Positions 32,001 through 47,000 of a stretch of DNA of 64,000 bases are shown piece after piece. The notes beneath the pieces were generated by a model. The model saw only the letters and a list, made by a program, of their open reading frames with translations. It was not told the DNA's origin and did no database searches. Origin of the DNA: Pecten maximus (lineage: Eukaryota). Made by a program: the position numbers and the translations under genes. Numbering within the stretch: the stretch's first letter is position 1; each line of letters starts with the position of its first letter. The stretch is from the NCBI RefSeq assembly GCF_902652985.1, contig NC_047021.1:41106001-41170000 (forward strand), read 5' to 3'.

Positions 32001-35000
32001 ATCTGTTTGACCCAAATGACAAATCCCATCTCCCCCAGATGAAAATGGAACTGACTTTTGATGATCAAAAGATGCAGTTTTATCCTCCCAAAGAAGATTT
32101 GGAGGAAACTGTTTTGTTTGTTATCAAGCAAGTTTGTAAGACCATGCAGCAGGTCCCGACAGTGCAATCCTGGCTGGCAGGGGGCAGCACCGTCAACCAC
32201 ACAGATGTTACAATCGCCAAACACATTCTGGACGAAGCGACCAAGAAACTGCAGGAAGCTGTCAAGCTGAACTTTGAGGCACCACAGGCTCATCTGGAGT
32301 CTTTTAGTAAGTCAGCCATCACAGACTTTACCGCTTTATTGTCAAAGGTTGTCTATAATAGGAATGTTGGTGTGGTTGGGTGCTACATTTGCCTTTTACC
32401 TAAGTGCCAAGGGTTTGATTCCCTGATCGGATGGGGAAAGGTGTAGGGGTCACGTTTCCGAACACGTGGGTTTTCTATGGCTACCTCATTTTCTTTCCAT
32501 AATAAGACCCTTTGCATGCTTCCATTAGGCAAACAAATGCAATAAGACTTGTTGTAAGATAAAGTCTATAGTTTCTGAGATGTTACCTTGATGTTCTTTC
32601 ATGTCTTATTATCGTCGTATTGAAGAAAAAAAAAATTATTGTATGATGGAGTATCATTGCAAATAATTCTGATTAGTTGATGAACAAGCTCTTTCACAGC
32701 GTTTTTTTTTTTTTTTTTTTCATATGGAGAACTTTTTTTCTTTTTTTTTTATTAAGAGCTTTTTGTTTTGACCAGAAAATGGAAACATTCTGAAATATAG
32801 GTAGCAATTCTACACATGTAATTTAACCAAGTATGTTAGAAATATTTCCTGGAATGGCAGCATACGTCCTATTGTCATATACACTTGATTTAGATTCATA
32901 CATGTTGAGTGCTGAATTATTTGTGTTCCAGTTCAGCGATATGACTACATCGTCAATGGCGAGGCTCTCGCTGAAATCCACGAATATGTCAAACATGAAC
33001 ATACCTTTGCGGAGTACCAAGAGGTAAGTTTAAGTGAAACTGTTAAATATACATACAATACCATGTATCTTATTTGTGAAATGAAAATTAGGTGCTTATC
33101 ACAAAAAGTGTTTGCTGTAGGAAAAGCTAGCAGTTATACTTTATATTTTCATCAAAATTATGGCCAAACCATATTCCTCTGAAGTGCTGTATAAAGACAT
33201 TATAAATTATGCATGTCGGAAATATTTCCAGCAATATGCCATATTGACATGTTTCATAACTAGTATTCCAAGAGACTCAGAAACCTGATATTTGGCCAAT
33301 AATATCCTGGAACGACAAAATTTATTTAAATGAATAAAGCTAGCCTGCTGTGATATTTGAATAAAGTGGTAATCAGCTTAGTATCTGCATAAATGACCTA
33401 AATCAACTTCAAAGTTGCTCTAGAAGAAACAGGTGAGTGATACAGGCCCCTTGGGCCTCTTGTTTTCATAAAGTTTTATTATTTCTAAAACATTTTTTTT
33501 TTTCTGAACAGCAAATTGAAAAATACAGAGATGTGGCTAGAGAAATCATGGGTTTGCCAAGTATTGAGCACTTTGATATGATCCGTCTTGATTGCGAGGA
33601 TCTCAAGCGAGGTCTTGCAGAGGCTTCCCGGGGTTTGGCTGATGAACTTCTGAGGAAGGTGTCTGATGACCACAGACAGGAAAATATGAGGTCAGTCATT
33701 TTTAAATGTTGATAAAAGGCATCACTATGACAAATGTTTAGATTTCTGTTTAAGAACTGAGGATTAATTACTTTGACTCAGAAAATAAAACTTCTTGATA
33801 CTAATTACGTGGACTCCTTTTGTTCGCGAAAATTTTCTCCACGCATATTATTTTGATATCAATTTGCGTAATCTACCCCTACGTGTATAGTTTACATATT
33901 GAAATTGTGAAATTAACCACACACCCCCCCCCCCCCCCCCCCCCCTTGCGAAAATAATCACGTTTACAGTATATATATATATATATATATAAAATTTACA
34001 AAATTTTGTTTAACGAATTTTAATTTTGTTTGAAATAACTCCTGTCAATAGTTCCCCTTATTGTTGCTTTTATCTTCGGGATAAGACAGTTAGTCTATTG
34101 CATAGCTGTGAAAAGGCATTCGTATATCACAACCAGTAACTCCAATGTAAATAGGCATTCCTATGACAAAACCAGTAAACTTTTAAAACTGTGAAAGCTG
34201 TTTTTTCCAAAGCATAACATTGTTCACTCTTTTCAAGGATTGGGTATTACAAAATAATTTTCAATTGAAAATAAGTTTAGCTTCGAAAAATCAACCTTTG
34301 CAATATCAGGGTTGACAATGTTGTATGTGAACATTAATAAACTTAATTTTGGTTTCAGTATTTGCCAAGAGTTTACACAAATGAGAGATCGTGCTCTACA
34401 AGACCCCGAGACAACAGAGCAGCTCATGGACATGATGACCTTCATTGGTAATGCCAGAACTGTCGGAATGGTCGACCTCAACACACGTATCTCCGATTCT
34501 AAAAATAGACTGGCTTACCTAATTGATGTGTACATGTTTCCTCCAGAGGAAATCACCCTCAACTGTGAGGTGCTCACCTGGCCGAAACGTATCAACCCAG
34601 TTTTCGATGACCATGATGATGTAAGCATTAAAAAAAGAAACTCTCAATTTTTATCTGAAAAAAAAAAAATGAATTAAGGCATTGGTTACAATATAATGAA
34701 AAAAATATTGTATTTTTTCCATTAATTATGAATTTAACTTTCACCATGTATGACCTTGACCCTGTATTTACATGTGTTTGACCTTTGCCCTGTGATCAGC
34801 ATAATGTTTTGACATTGACCTACTTATTGTGACTGTGACCCAGTTTTCATTTATCTATTTCACAATAGAGACATTTATTTATTATTCCTGAACATTATGT
34901 GTTTGACATTGTCCCAGTTTTCATGATTTTGCTTGACCTTTAACCTCTGTATTCATGAATATATTTATCGATGACCTTTTACTTATTATGTATTTCCCCT

Positions 35001-38000
35001 TACAGCTTGTGGAGCAGTCAAAGATCAGCGGGGAGAAACAACTGCTGGAGAAACGAGAGAAGGTGATAATGGAATTGGAGAAATTACGTCAGCGCGTCGA
35101 CGAGTTTAACGACTACGGAGAGCTGGACATGATGCAGCAGTACGTCCAAGATGTCCGCCTCGTACAGAAACGTCTGGCAGACGTCACAGAACAGATCACC
35201 TGGATCAATAAGGTAAAAAAGAAGTTTGAATTAGAAACTTGTTTTACATAACTATCTGCTTCAGAAAATTTTACTCTCGATCGTTAAAGATGTTGCAACG
35301 CCAACAGCATGTACATTGCTTCACACAAAAATGGTTGAAATGGTCACCACAGTATAGAAAAATGTATCAATATACTAACACCATGAAATAGAAATTATAC
35401 TAGTGAACTTCTAATGATCGCTTAACTGAAAAGTTATCTTAAAAATATAGAGGTGGAGCAGTAAAATCAAAAAATTTTCACGATACAATTACTGCAAATG
35501 TACATATTTTAGTGGTAGTCTTATTTGAGTTTTTTTTTACTGAAGCATTTGGCTAAATTATAACCATGCTAATTATAGTTTATCTACATTGGTTTCAATG
35601 ACAAGAACTGTTATTCCACTAATTAATCATTCCGCTAATCTGTTTTAATTTGGTTTTGCACTGAAATTTTAGTCATCAAATTAAGTTCAATTTTAATACA
35701 GTAATTATTTATCCACTTAAATTTACAAGGTAAGATTTTAACCTCAAATTTTTTGGAGGATGGTAATAACCTGAAATATTCAACAGTTTATTTCTGTTTT
35801 TACAATCATTTGTATTAAATTACTCTTTGTCGGGAGGTCACATCTTTGACATTCACATCTTTGATAACATTTAACTACAATTTTTTACTGTAGCATTCGG
35901 ACACTAACCCATCCAATCATGATCTTATTTAGAGAACATTTTAGTTTTAGGTTATATCTATTTCCTCAAAATGGGATTCCTTACCATACGATTTTGTTTT
36001 TAAGGGGAGATAATTCTGTTTTGTAGGAGGAGCTTCTGTTCAAGTATCCCGTATCAACATACCCCGATGTTGAGGACATCACAAGTGCAGTGGATCCATT
36101 CCAGAGACTGTTCAATGTTGTACTACGTTGGCAGAAGGCTGAGAAAAAGTAGGCAAAATTTATCTTAGAAATATTCACACATTTTATAGTTTTTTCATGT
36201 CATGTTATTATAAGTAAATCTTATTAATTTTAAAGTTAAATCACTATAAATAATGAAAAACAGAATAAAAAACAGTTTGAATCAAACATTTCATGACGCT
36301 GAATGCTGGTTGTTTAACCTGAGGCTGTGGTCATAGATCTATAACAAACTGTAATTAACACTACCTTAAATAAATGTCATATTTTCAGCTTGTGAAAGGA
36401 TAACACTTGATAATCTGTACAATATCTTCATTTACAGTTCAATAAAATCATTTATCTGTCCACAGGTGGATGGACGGCTCCTTCCTTGACCTAGATTCCG
36501 AGGCGGTGGACGGAGAGGTTGATGAATACAACAGAGAATTGTACAAGATACAGAAAGTGTTTAACACTCGAATGAAGAAATTACAGATCGAGGTCGACGA
36601 CCGCAACAGGGACAGAAAGAAACGACGACGAGGTGCAGAGGAAAGCGGTGAGGAAATAAAACCGGAGGACCAAGATGAGGTTTTAAATCCCCCACAGGCC
36701 GTGAATGTGTGCACCAACGTCATGGACAGCATGAGGGATTTCAAGGTCAGAATTCATAGAGTGCGCAGCACGAGTGAAAAATATCAAAATATTAGCCACA
36801 CGAGTGAAATATATTTGGTATTACTGAAGACACTGTTAGATATTCTGTTTATTACATTTTTCATCAACGAAAACTCTACCCCGTATGCTAACTAGGACTA
36901 CAGCGATAATTTGTAAACAAAAAAAGTAGTTTCCCCTGTCCAGGTCCTGACATATATGTCGGGCTTTCTGATTGGTCAATTATTGTGGTATTTTCTAATC
37001 ATTAATTTGATTGGTCAAATCAGCAAAAAGTGATATTTTTCACTAGTGAAAAATATGATATTCTTCACTAGTGAAAAATATCACTTTTATAAAATGAATA
37101 ATTTTTGATATTTCACTGGTAAAAATGTAATAGTATACGATATTGATTTTCCTCGATCTTTATTGTTATTTTTTTTCTTATTTTTTTTTTTTCTTTTGTT
37201 ATTTCAAAAATATGATTGGTTAAGTTTATTCTAACCCAGTACATGTATACTTTTTCATCTGATGCAGGCCCATATATAAGTATATATATTTGTAATCTGT
37301 ACAACATTTGCAATTTTAATACAGCGCTGAAGGATAAGTAAACTTATTTTTTCTGTGTTTTTTAGAGCGTGTGAATACCATGGTAACAACTTCAAAATTG
37401 CTTCAAAATTGCAATGTGCGAAAAAACAAATACATATGCATGTATATCTTTTGTTCTCAGGATGTGATCCCGGTGATTGGTATTATGTGCAACAGAGGAA
37501 TGCGAGCTCGCCATTGGAAAGATATGTCAGATATTGCTGGATTTGATCTGACTCCGAACTCCGGAACAACGCTCCGGAAAGTTCTCAAGTTGGAGCTTGA
37601 AGCTCATATGGAAATGTTTGATGGAATCAGTGCTGCAGCCACAAAGGTGAGTAACAACTATACCCCTGTTTAATTTGTAAGTGAGTATACAGAGAAATCG
37701 CCGCCCATCTTCCATGGCAAAGACTCATATGAAAAATTCTCAAAATATGTAGTACCAATATATCCTCAAATAAGCCCCCTGTCTTCAAATAATCGTTAAG
37801 ATTATTGTTTAAAGAGCTTACTGATTCAAAATTGATCAATGATTCTGAAAAAATGAAGATTAGAGATTATTTGTGGGCAGTAGATTAATTGCAGATGGAT
37901 ACAGTTCATAATCATGTATTTTTATGTTGTCTACTTCTGATTGTCATCAGTCAAGCTCAAAAGGTCAAAGGTCACACTTGATTACATTAGAAATATTATC

Positions 38001-41000
38001 TTGAGTTTGAATATTTTTCACATAATCATGTTTTATTGAATCTAGGTGAGTGTGAAAATTAGACAGAAAAGCTCAAGTTTAAAAGGTCAAAGGTCACACT
38101 TGATTAAATTACAAATATCTTGAGTTTGAATATTTTTCACATAATCATGTTTTATTGAATCTAGGTGAGTGTGAAAATTAGACAGAAAAGCTAAATATTG
38201 ACAGACACTACAATTTTTGGTAAACTGTATAGATATTGAATGTTTTATAATCTTGATAGGAACACTCCTTGGAGAAAGCCATGTTGAAAATGATGGAGGA
38301 TTGGGATGCCGTAGACTTCAATCTCCTCGCTTATCGAGACACCGGTATCAGTATTCTGTCCTCGGTCGATGATATTCAGACCATTCTTGATGATCAGATC
38401 GTCAAGACACAAACTATGAGAGGCTCACCATTCATCAAACCATTTGAAAAGGAAATCAAGGTAAAATTATCTGTGTTACTGTGTAATTTAAATTAAGTTA
38501 GTGGACCTTGTATAATCTGGACACCTGTATAAACCAGACAACTAGGTCCCACTCTATACATTTCTATGTAACCCTGTACAATCTGGACACCTGTATAAAC
38601 CAGACATCTAGGTCCCACTATGTACAGTTCTATGTAACCCTGTATAATCTGGACACCTGTATAAACCAGACAACTAGGTCCCACTGTATACATTTCTATG
38701 TAACCCTGAATAATCAGGACACCTGTATAAACCAGACAACTAGGTCCCACTGTATACATTTCTATATAACCCTGTATAATCTGGACACCTGTATAAACCA
38801 GACAACTAGGTCCCACTGTATACATTTCTATGTAACCCTGTATAATCTGGACACCTGTATAAACCAGACAACTAGGTCCCACTGTATACATTTCTATGTA
38901 ACCCTGTATAATCTGGACACCTGTATAAACCAGACAACTAGGTCCTACTGTATACATTTCTATGTAACCCTGTATAATCGAACACCTGTATAAACCAGAC
39001 AACTAGGTCCCTCAGTGTACATTCCTGATGTAACCCTGTATAATCTGGACACCTGTATAAACCAGACAACTAGGTCCAACTGTATATGTTTCTATATAAA
39101 CCTGTATAATCAGGACACCTCTATAAACCAGACAACTAGGTCCCACTGTATACATTTCTATGTAACCCTGTATAATCGAACACCTGTATAAACCAGACAA
39201 CTAGGTCCCACTGTATACATTTCTATGTAATCCTGTATAATCTGGACACCTGTGTAAACCAGACAACTATGTCCCACTGTATACATTTCTATGTAACCCT
39301 GTATAATCTGGACACCTGTATAAACCAGACAACTAGGTCCCACTGTATACATTTCTATGTAACTCTGTATAATCTGGACACCTGTATAAACCAGACAACT
39401 AGGTCCCTCTGTATACATTTCTATGTAACCCTGTATAATCTGGACACCTGTATAAACCAGATCATCAACTAGGTCCCACTCACACCTTCTAAGACCTGTT
39501 TTTGTTACCTGTTATACATAAACTGGGAGGATAAATTTGGACAATGTATGCTTGAATTGGTTTATTGAATAAATGATATTGATTGGTTGGTTTCTAGGAA
39601 TGGGAGGAGCGACTGATCCGTATCCAGGATACTACGGATGAGTGGCTGAAGGTCCAGGCCCAGTGGCTTTACCTAGAGCCAATCTTCTCCTCGGAAGACA
39701 TCATGAGTCAGATGCCAGAGGAAGGACGTCTCTTCACAATTGTGGACAAGAACTGGAAAGACATAATGAAACATACTGTGAAGGACCCCAAGGTAGGGCG
39801 GCCATTTTATGCTGTGGATTACACTTACAATAGTAAATCATTTAAGAAATTTTTTGTAAGAAAAATTTTTCTAAGGGAAATGATTAAATCTATCTATCAT
39901 CTATTTGAATAGGTACTCATTGCTACAAACCTACCAGGACTTCTGGAAAAATTGGTTGACAGCAACGGTCTTCTTGACAAAATCAACAAAGGTCTGAATG
40001 CCTATCTTGAGAAAAAGCGTCTGTTCTTCCCGAGGTTCTTCTTCCTCTCCAACGACGAAATGTTGGAAATTTTGTCTGAGACCAAAGACCCTATGCGTGT
40101 ACAGCCTCATCTTAAAAAATGCTTTGAGGGAATCGCCAAGCTTCAGTTTGACAGCAAACTTGACATTCATGCCCTGTTTAGTAGTGAGGGTGAAAAAATT
40201 CAGCTTAGTCAGCCAATATCAACAAGTGATGCTAGAGGCGCTGTGGAAAAATGGCTTCTTCAAGTCGAGGAGATTATGCTGAAATCTATCAAGGCTGTTT
40301 GTGCTGAAGCCATGGAGGTAAGGTTCTCATGACTGTTATCAAATAATGATTTCTGGTATAAATACTCTTCATGCTAATTCAAAACTGAAGCCATTCCAAG
40401 CTGACACAGATATTTTCAACAGATTTGAGCTGCGCATGCCGATCATAAAAGTTTTGATTCAGTCAAACATGGATTACATATAAAATCAAAGAATTTAAAC
40501 AGAACTTGAGTCCCTTTTTGAGTTGACTCAAGCAAGTTCTGATAAATGTGTAGAAATCACCTTACATTATAAATCATGAGGAAATTACCAATTTTCATTC
40601 GAAATATACAATGACAATTGATGTAGTTAGTTTTCTCTTCAATGTTTTCAAAACTGAAACCACATATGATTGTTAATAGGAAAATGTCCGTACCCTAAGA
40701 TAAATCTGATTTATTCTTGCCAGGCTTATGCTACTGATGCCCGTGTGGACTGGGTGCGAATATGGCCAGGCCAGGTTGTCCTATGTGCCTCCCAGGCATA
40801 TTGGACCCGCGAGGTCCATGAGGCTATCCCTGGAGGTCCCGAGGGACTTAGGGACTACTGGAACACCCTGCAGAAACAACTCAATGATATTGTCATCCTG
40901 GTGAGAGGAAAACTTTCCAAACAGATTAGAACATCTCTGGGAGCTCTGGTCGTTATAGATGTCCACGCTCGTGATTCTGTACTGGAAATGGCAGATAAAG

Positions 41001-44000
41001 GTATGTAGCTAATCATACATTTGTTGTTATTTTAGATATCTGATAATCAACCTTAATCCTAAAATCATTTATTGAAAATGCAAATGTTTAAAATTTACTC
41101 TCTGTTGCAGACAATTTTGATTTTAGTATTTCAATTTCAATTTCAATACTTTTTAATTTTCATTTTATTATTTTATTATTAGCAAATCCCATTTAAAATA
41201 ATGTGCTGTGAAATTATACTGCCTTATATATACTGTATATGTACCTGGTAATTTTTGCTCCAGATTATCTTCATCCTTGAGCAACATAAAACATACTTGT
41301 CTTGTTTTAAATTCTCCCTAAATCGTTTTTCAGAAATGCCCTTTTCCCCCTTTGTAAAATTAAAAAATTCTGTTCAGAATTCTTGATTTAGAACACTTCG
41401 AATTGATCAAGTTCCCCAAATGTCTTTTCAATGCCTAACCAGCTGAGTTGTGAATATATGCCATCTTAAATTGTTGAAAAATGTTAGAATAAAAAAAAAA
41501 AGGTGAAAGGAAAATACACATAAATTAATTACAAACGTACAAATTTTCAGGTGTTGCATCCGAAAATGATTTTAACTGGCTAGCCCAGTTGCGTTATTAT
41601 TGGGAGGAAGAGAACATGCGCGTGAGGATCACTAATGCCACAGTCAAGTACGCCTACGAATACCTCGGTAATACTGGGCGTCTGGTTATCACTCCCCTCA
41701 CCGACAGATGTTACAGGACCCTAGTAGGGGCCTTCCACCTCAACCTCAACGGGGCTCCTGAAGGGCCAGCTGGAACTGGTAAAACAGAGACCACCAAAGA
41801 TCTTGCTAAGGCTCTCGCTGTGCAATGTGTTGTGTTCAACTGCTCTGACGGCCTCGACTACATTGCCATGGGCAAGGTTTGTGAAGTTTGACAAAAGTTG
41901 TCTGCCCTTTTGTTGCATGTTTAGATCAGTCAGTGAATTCAAAGCCTTACTATAAAGAACTTAACTCACAGTTGTTTATGATGTAAAGTTCCTTTATAAG
42001 GACACCTGTCCTTCATACACTTACTTCCTTTGCATTTATCCATTTTTACAACTAGGTAGACTAGAGCAATATTGTTACAAAATAATTATGATTGAGCTCT
42101 TACTGAATTCAGGGATAACTCTGGAGGGGGCCATGGGGCCATTTGCCCCATATTTTCCAAAATGGCCCACCAAAACTCACAAATTTCTTCAATTTTCTAT
42201 GATTTGGCCCATACGATTTCTGAAATCTTGTCAAAATGGCCCATGCCTGTTGGATCCAGGGTGAACCCTGCTGAATTTGCACTGTAGTTATCACTGTATT
42301 TACTGTAATTTCAGTTTTTCAAAGGATTGGCAGCTGCCGGAGCCTGGGCTTGCTTCGATGAGTTCAACCGAATTGACCTGGAAGTGTTGTCTGTCATTGC
42401 TCAACAGGTCTGTGACTTTCCTGAAGGAAAATGATAAAAATGAATGATAAATGAAAATAGATTGATAACAATATTCAATGAGAAGAAATATATGAATAAA
42501 CAAATAATATAAATAGTAATTAATAAATAAGTAATAAAAAGAAAGAAATGTTTAAGATAGATAACAAAAATTCAGGAATCAATAAATAGATAATAGAATA
42601 ATTTTGGTCTTTGAAAATTTTGAGAAATGAGTTGCAGAATTCAGCATATTTTCACATTCTCAACTTTTCAAAAACAAATTTGTCCATGTTTTTTAATTGC
42701 AGCAGTCTACTATTGACTATATGAAAACATTTTCTTATTACACTTCAGCAAATATGGCATATCCTTATGTAGAGTAAAGCAAATTTTTCTCAGATAAGTT
42801 CGAACCTTCATATCTCAAACAAATTTATTCCAGATCTTGTGCATCATTCGTGCCGTTCAGGCTCATGTGGATATGTTCATATTTGAGGGAACAGAGCTGA
42901 ACCTCAATCCAAACTGTTACGTGTGCATCACAATGAACCCAGGTTACGCTGGACGATCAGAACTTCCGGACAATCTGAAGGTTCTTTTCCGAACTGTGGC
43001 TATGATGGTACCGGACTATGCTATGATTGCCGAGATCTCTCTTTACTCGTTCGGATTCCAGAATGCCCGAAATTTGTCGGTGAAGATTGTGACTGTGTAC
43101 AGACTCTGTTCCGAGCAGCTTTCCTCACAATTTCACTACGATTACGGAATGAGAGCTGTCAAAGCCGTGTTATCTGCCGCCGGAAATTTGAAACTGCGAT
43201 TTCCAGAAGACAATGAAGACATTCTTGTAAGCGTTATGATGCCTTATGGATCGTAAATACTATATAGTTGTGAAATTTTACTGAGCTAGTCGGAACTTGT
43301 TTCAAGGGTATTAAATTTCGTGCAACCACACCTTGTTAACATTTTGCGGTAAACAGACGTTACTGTATATATAATGTAAATCACTTATATTCCGTGTGGG
43401 ATTTATATTCGTGTTAACACTTGAGGAGAGTCCATGGGTAGTAGAGTTTAATTGCAGTATTCTAGCACATATATATAAACACAAATTTAGCAAAAATATT
43501 AGAATAAAAATAAGAAAATTATTTAATTTCTTTCTTTAACTTTCAGCTGCTGCGCTCCATCATAGATGTCAATTTACCTAAATTCTTGGCCCATGACATT
43601 CCACTGTTCAACGGTATCATCTCTGATCTTTTCCCTGGCCTTTCCCTCCCGGAGGCGGACTATGATGTGTTTTTGGAAGCCATGAAGACAATCTGTGAGA
43701 AAAAGAATCTTCAATTTGTGGATTTCTTCAGAGAGAAAATTATCCAGACTTACGAAATGATGATCGTCCGACACGGGTAACTGAAAATATTACATCTCCC
43801 AGTCAGGAAACATTAATTTGTGTCAAGTCCCTGTGTAAAAATTTGTTTTCATTGTTGCTGTTATTGTTTTATGAATAAGAAGAAAACTGAAAATTGATTA
43901 GAATTCTATGACTGATTAATTTTCAGGAAACTCTCAAAGCAAAAAGAAAAAAATCTTTGTATACAGTATAATTTTTGAATTGTTGAATAAATGTAATTTT

Positions 44001-47000
44001 CAAATATCGAATTTCCTATTTTTAGTGTCGTTTAATGAACAGGTCCACAGAACTTTGATAATAACCTGAAGAAAACTCTAGTTGAACAATTTAATAATGG
44101 AAGTAGCTTGATTTCCATTAACTGCTGTGATTGTTTATGAAAATGTTCTTCCAGTTTCATGTTGGTGGGAGAGCCATTTGGGTGCAAGACCAAAGTCATA
44201 GAGACATTGAGCGAGGGGATGACGCTCTTGTTTGAACAAGGCGTAGAGGATTATAACAAGGTCTACTTCCGCGTCATCAACCCAAAGGCCATCACTATGG
44301 GTCAGCTGTACGGTCAGTTTGATCCCGTCTCCCATGAGTGGACCGATGGAATCATCGCCAACACCTTCCGAGAGTTCGCATCCACGGATACACCAGACAG
44401 GAAGTGGGTCATTTTTGACGGACCAATTGATGCTCTGTGGATCGAAAACATGAACACTGTATTGGATGACAACAAGAAACTGTGTCTCATGAGCGGTGAG
44501 ATCATCCAGATGTCCAATGAGATGAGTCTCATCTTTGAGACCATGGATCTCTCACAGGCCTCGGTAAGTCAGTGTGAATGAGATGAGACCATTAATCTGT
44601 CACAAGAACATCATGATTGAAATTCATCACTGATTTCCATGTATGAACAACTTTTCACATACATTCTTACCAAACCAAACAAAAAAAATTTGAAAAATAT
44701 AAATCTAATGCTTGTTCACAGATTTGACCAAACCAAACAAAAAAAAAAATTTTTAAATATAAATCTAATGCTTGTTCACAGATTCGACATTGATATTGAT
44801 TTTGTATTTTTTTCTGGGGGATTTTTTAGGCTGATAATTAGCCTCATTTCCATTTGAAATTATTTCATATTTAAACTGCATTCCCTAAATTTGCTGTTTC
44901 TGGATTAATTTCCTTCCCAATTCACAAACTTTCTTCCCAAAATGAGGCAAAAGGCCCCATCAGAGGATCAGTGAAAAAAAGCTCTGCATTTCAAATAATG
45001 TATATCAGATATGTTGGTAGATCTGATTAAACATTATTATAAAACTGCATTTTGTCTAGTAGTCAGTCACTGTGTGTAGATGTGATTGTATAAAGACGTA
45101 TTTTATCTCGTAGCCGGCCACCGTGAGTAGGTGCGGTATGGTGTACCTAGAGCCGTCAACCCTCGGCTGGAGACCAATCATGCGCTCCTGGATCCATACA
45201 TTTGAGGGAGCTATGCAGCTAGAGGGGGCAGAAGTGATTGAGGCGATGTTTGAGTGGCTTGTAGATCCTTGCCTTGAATTTGTCCGTAAACACACAAAAG
45301 TGAGTTGCTTTAATGTGATATTGATTAGTGTTATAGTTATCATAGAAATTGTTTCTTTTTTTTTCGTTTTTAATTTTTAGTTTTAAAGCAGCTAAAAGGT
45401 CACTACTTTTGTGTTTAACAATAATGTTCGTTGACAGTACTCTCAGTACTTTGATTTTGTCCATGGACTTATGGGCTCAGTGTAATTGTCACTTCATTAC
45501 TTGGTTGGAAACTTTATTGAAGAATTGATGCAGAGCAAAATATTTTGTTGTAAACAGGCAGCTGGTTGCATTTGTCTCACTGGAGATATTTCATGATATT
45601 TTTCAAGTTAGAATAAAAAAGAAATATGTATTATATCATCATGGAATCTGTAATGGACTTTATGATACAGATGTCAGTGCAAAAAAAGGGGGGAAAAAGA
45701 ACATGTATAAGATGTGAGAAGCTGTGTATGGCCCCTGTATCTCATTTCTAATTGTCTTTTTAGGAATACATCGGGTCTAAGGAGTCCAACCAAGTGCGTT
45801 CTCTCATGTATCTGATTGATATGTTGATGTCTGAAGCTCTTAGTCAGAAGGATGTGGACGAAAACCGCCACCTGAAAACATGGATCATCGTAAGTAACTC
45901 AGAGGGACCACTGCAGAAAAAAAAGATAACAATTCATTAAATGATCTTGTTTCAAGAATTTTCTTGTACATTTACATATTTTGTCAAATCAACAGAATGA
46001 TTTTTCAGTTGGACAATAACATTTATTTTTCATTTTTTTCTTGCATGTAAAAGCATAATTTGTTCATGGATTTCTGCTCAGTAAATTCAATTCGTAACAT
46101 ACATTTCCAAAAATAGAAACAATTCAATTCTTATTAAAAAAATATCTAAATCCCATGCACCCATCAAACCTTGCTTGTTTGTAAATCAAATTGATCGGAA
46201 AATTAGAAAATTGTATTTGTCAATTTCAGTCGTCTGTGCTGTTTGCTATCCCATGGTCCATTGCTGCATGTGTAGATGTTGACGGAAGGGAGAAGTTTGA
46301 TAACTTCTACAAGGACATTGTAGCGGGCAAGTTGGACAACCACCCAATGCCCAAGGCTGTCGGCAAACTGGATGTACCACTGCCGTCTGAACAAAGTGTC
46401 TACAATGTCTTCTTTGAGGTAAGTTTGTCTTAATAGAAAATTATTTTCATACATAAAATTCAAATTAGTTTCTCTTTATGATAAATTTTTGGATTTTATT
46501 TGAAACATTTTTAGCTTATATTTATTTATCTATTTGAAAAATAAATCTATATGATAAATTTTTGGATTTTATTTGAAACTTTTTTAGCTTATATTTATTT
46601 ATCTATTTGAAAAATAAATAGTATGTTGTTAGTGTCTCATCTTCAATTTTTTTTTTTTTTTTTTTTTTTCTCAAGCAGTCTGGGTATATGAATAATATAC
46701 TGAATCATATTTTTTCGTATTTATGGAGCACAAAATGCTTTGATTCAACCTTGTTCATGTTTTATGAGAAGTCTCATGTTAAAGATTTTGAGAGAGTTTA
46801 TATATGAAGCAGTACTGAATCACAACATTCAATAGGCTGTTGTTTACATATAGATAGACACTGGAATATTTTAAAGTATTTTACTACATTGAGCTTCCTA
46901 TACTTACGTCAGACGGCAGTGTTTTTCGAGATGTTAAAATGTCAATTGCTTTTCACATAAAATATGTCTTAAATACTGTAAACGTTGAAATTTACGCAAG

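Noticed and set aside
38493-39472. Long repetitive ORFs on both strands and a regular repeat array that could be taken for a repeat protein or CRISPR
   Set aside because: It is a head-to-tail 66-bp minisatellite with no unique spacers, inside a dynein intron of a eukaryote; the ORFs arise because the unit is a multiple of 3.
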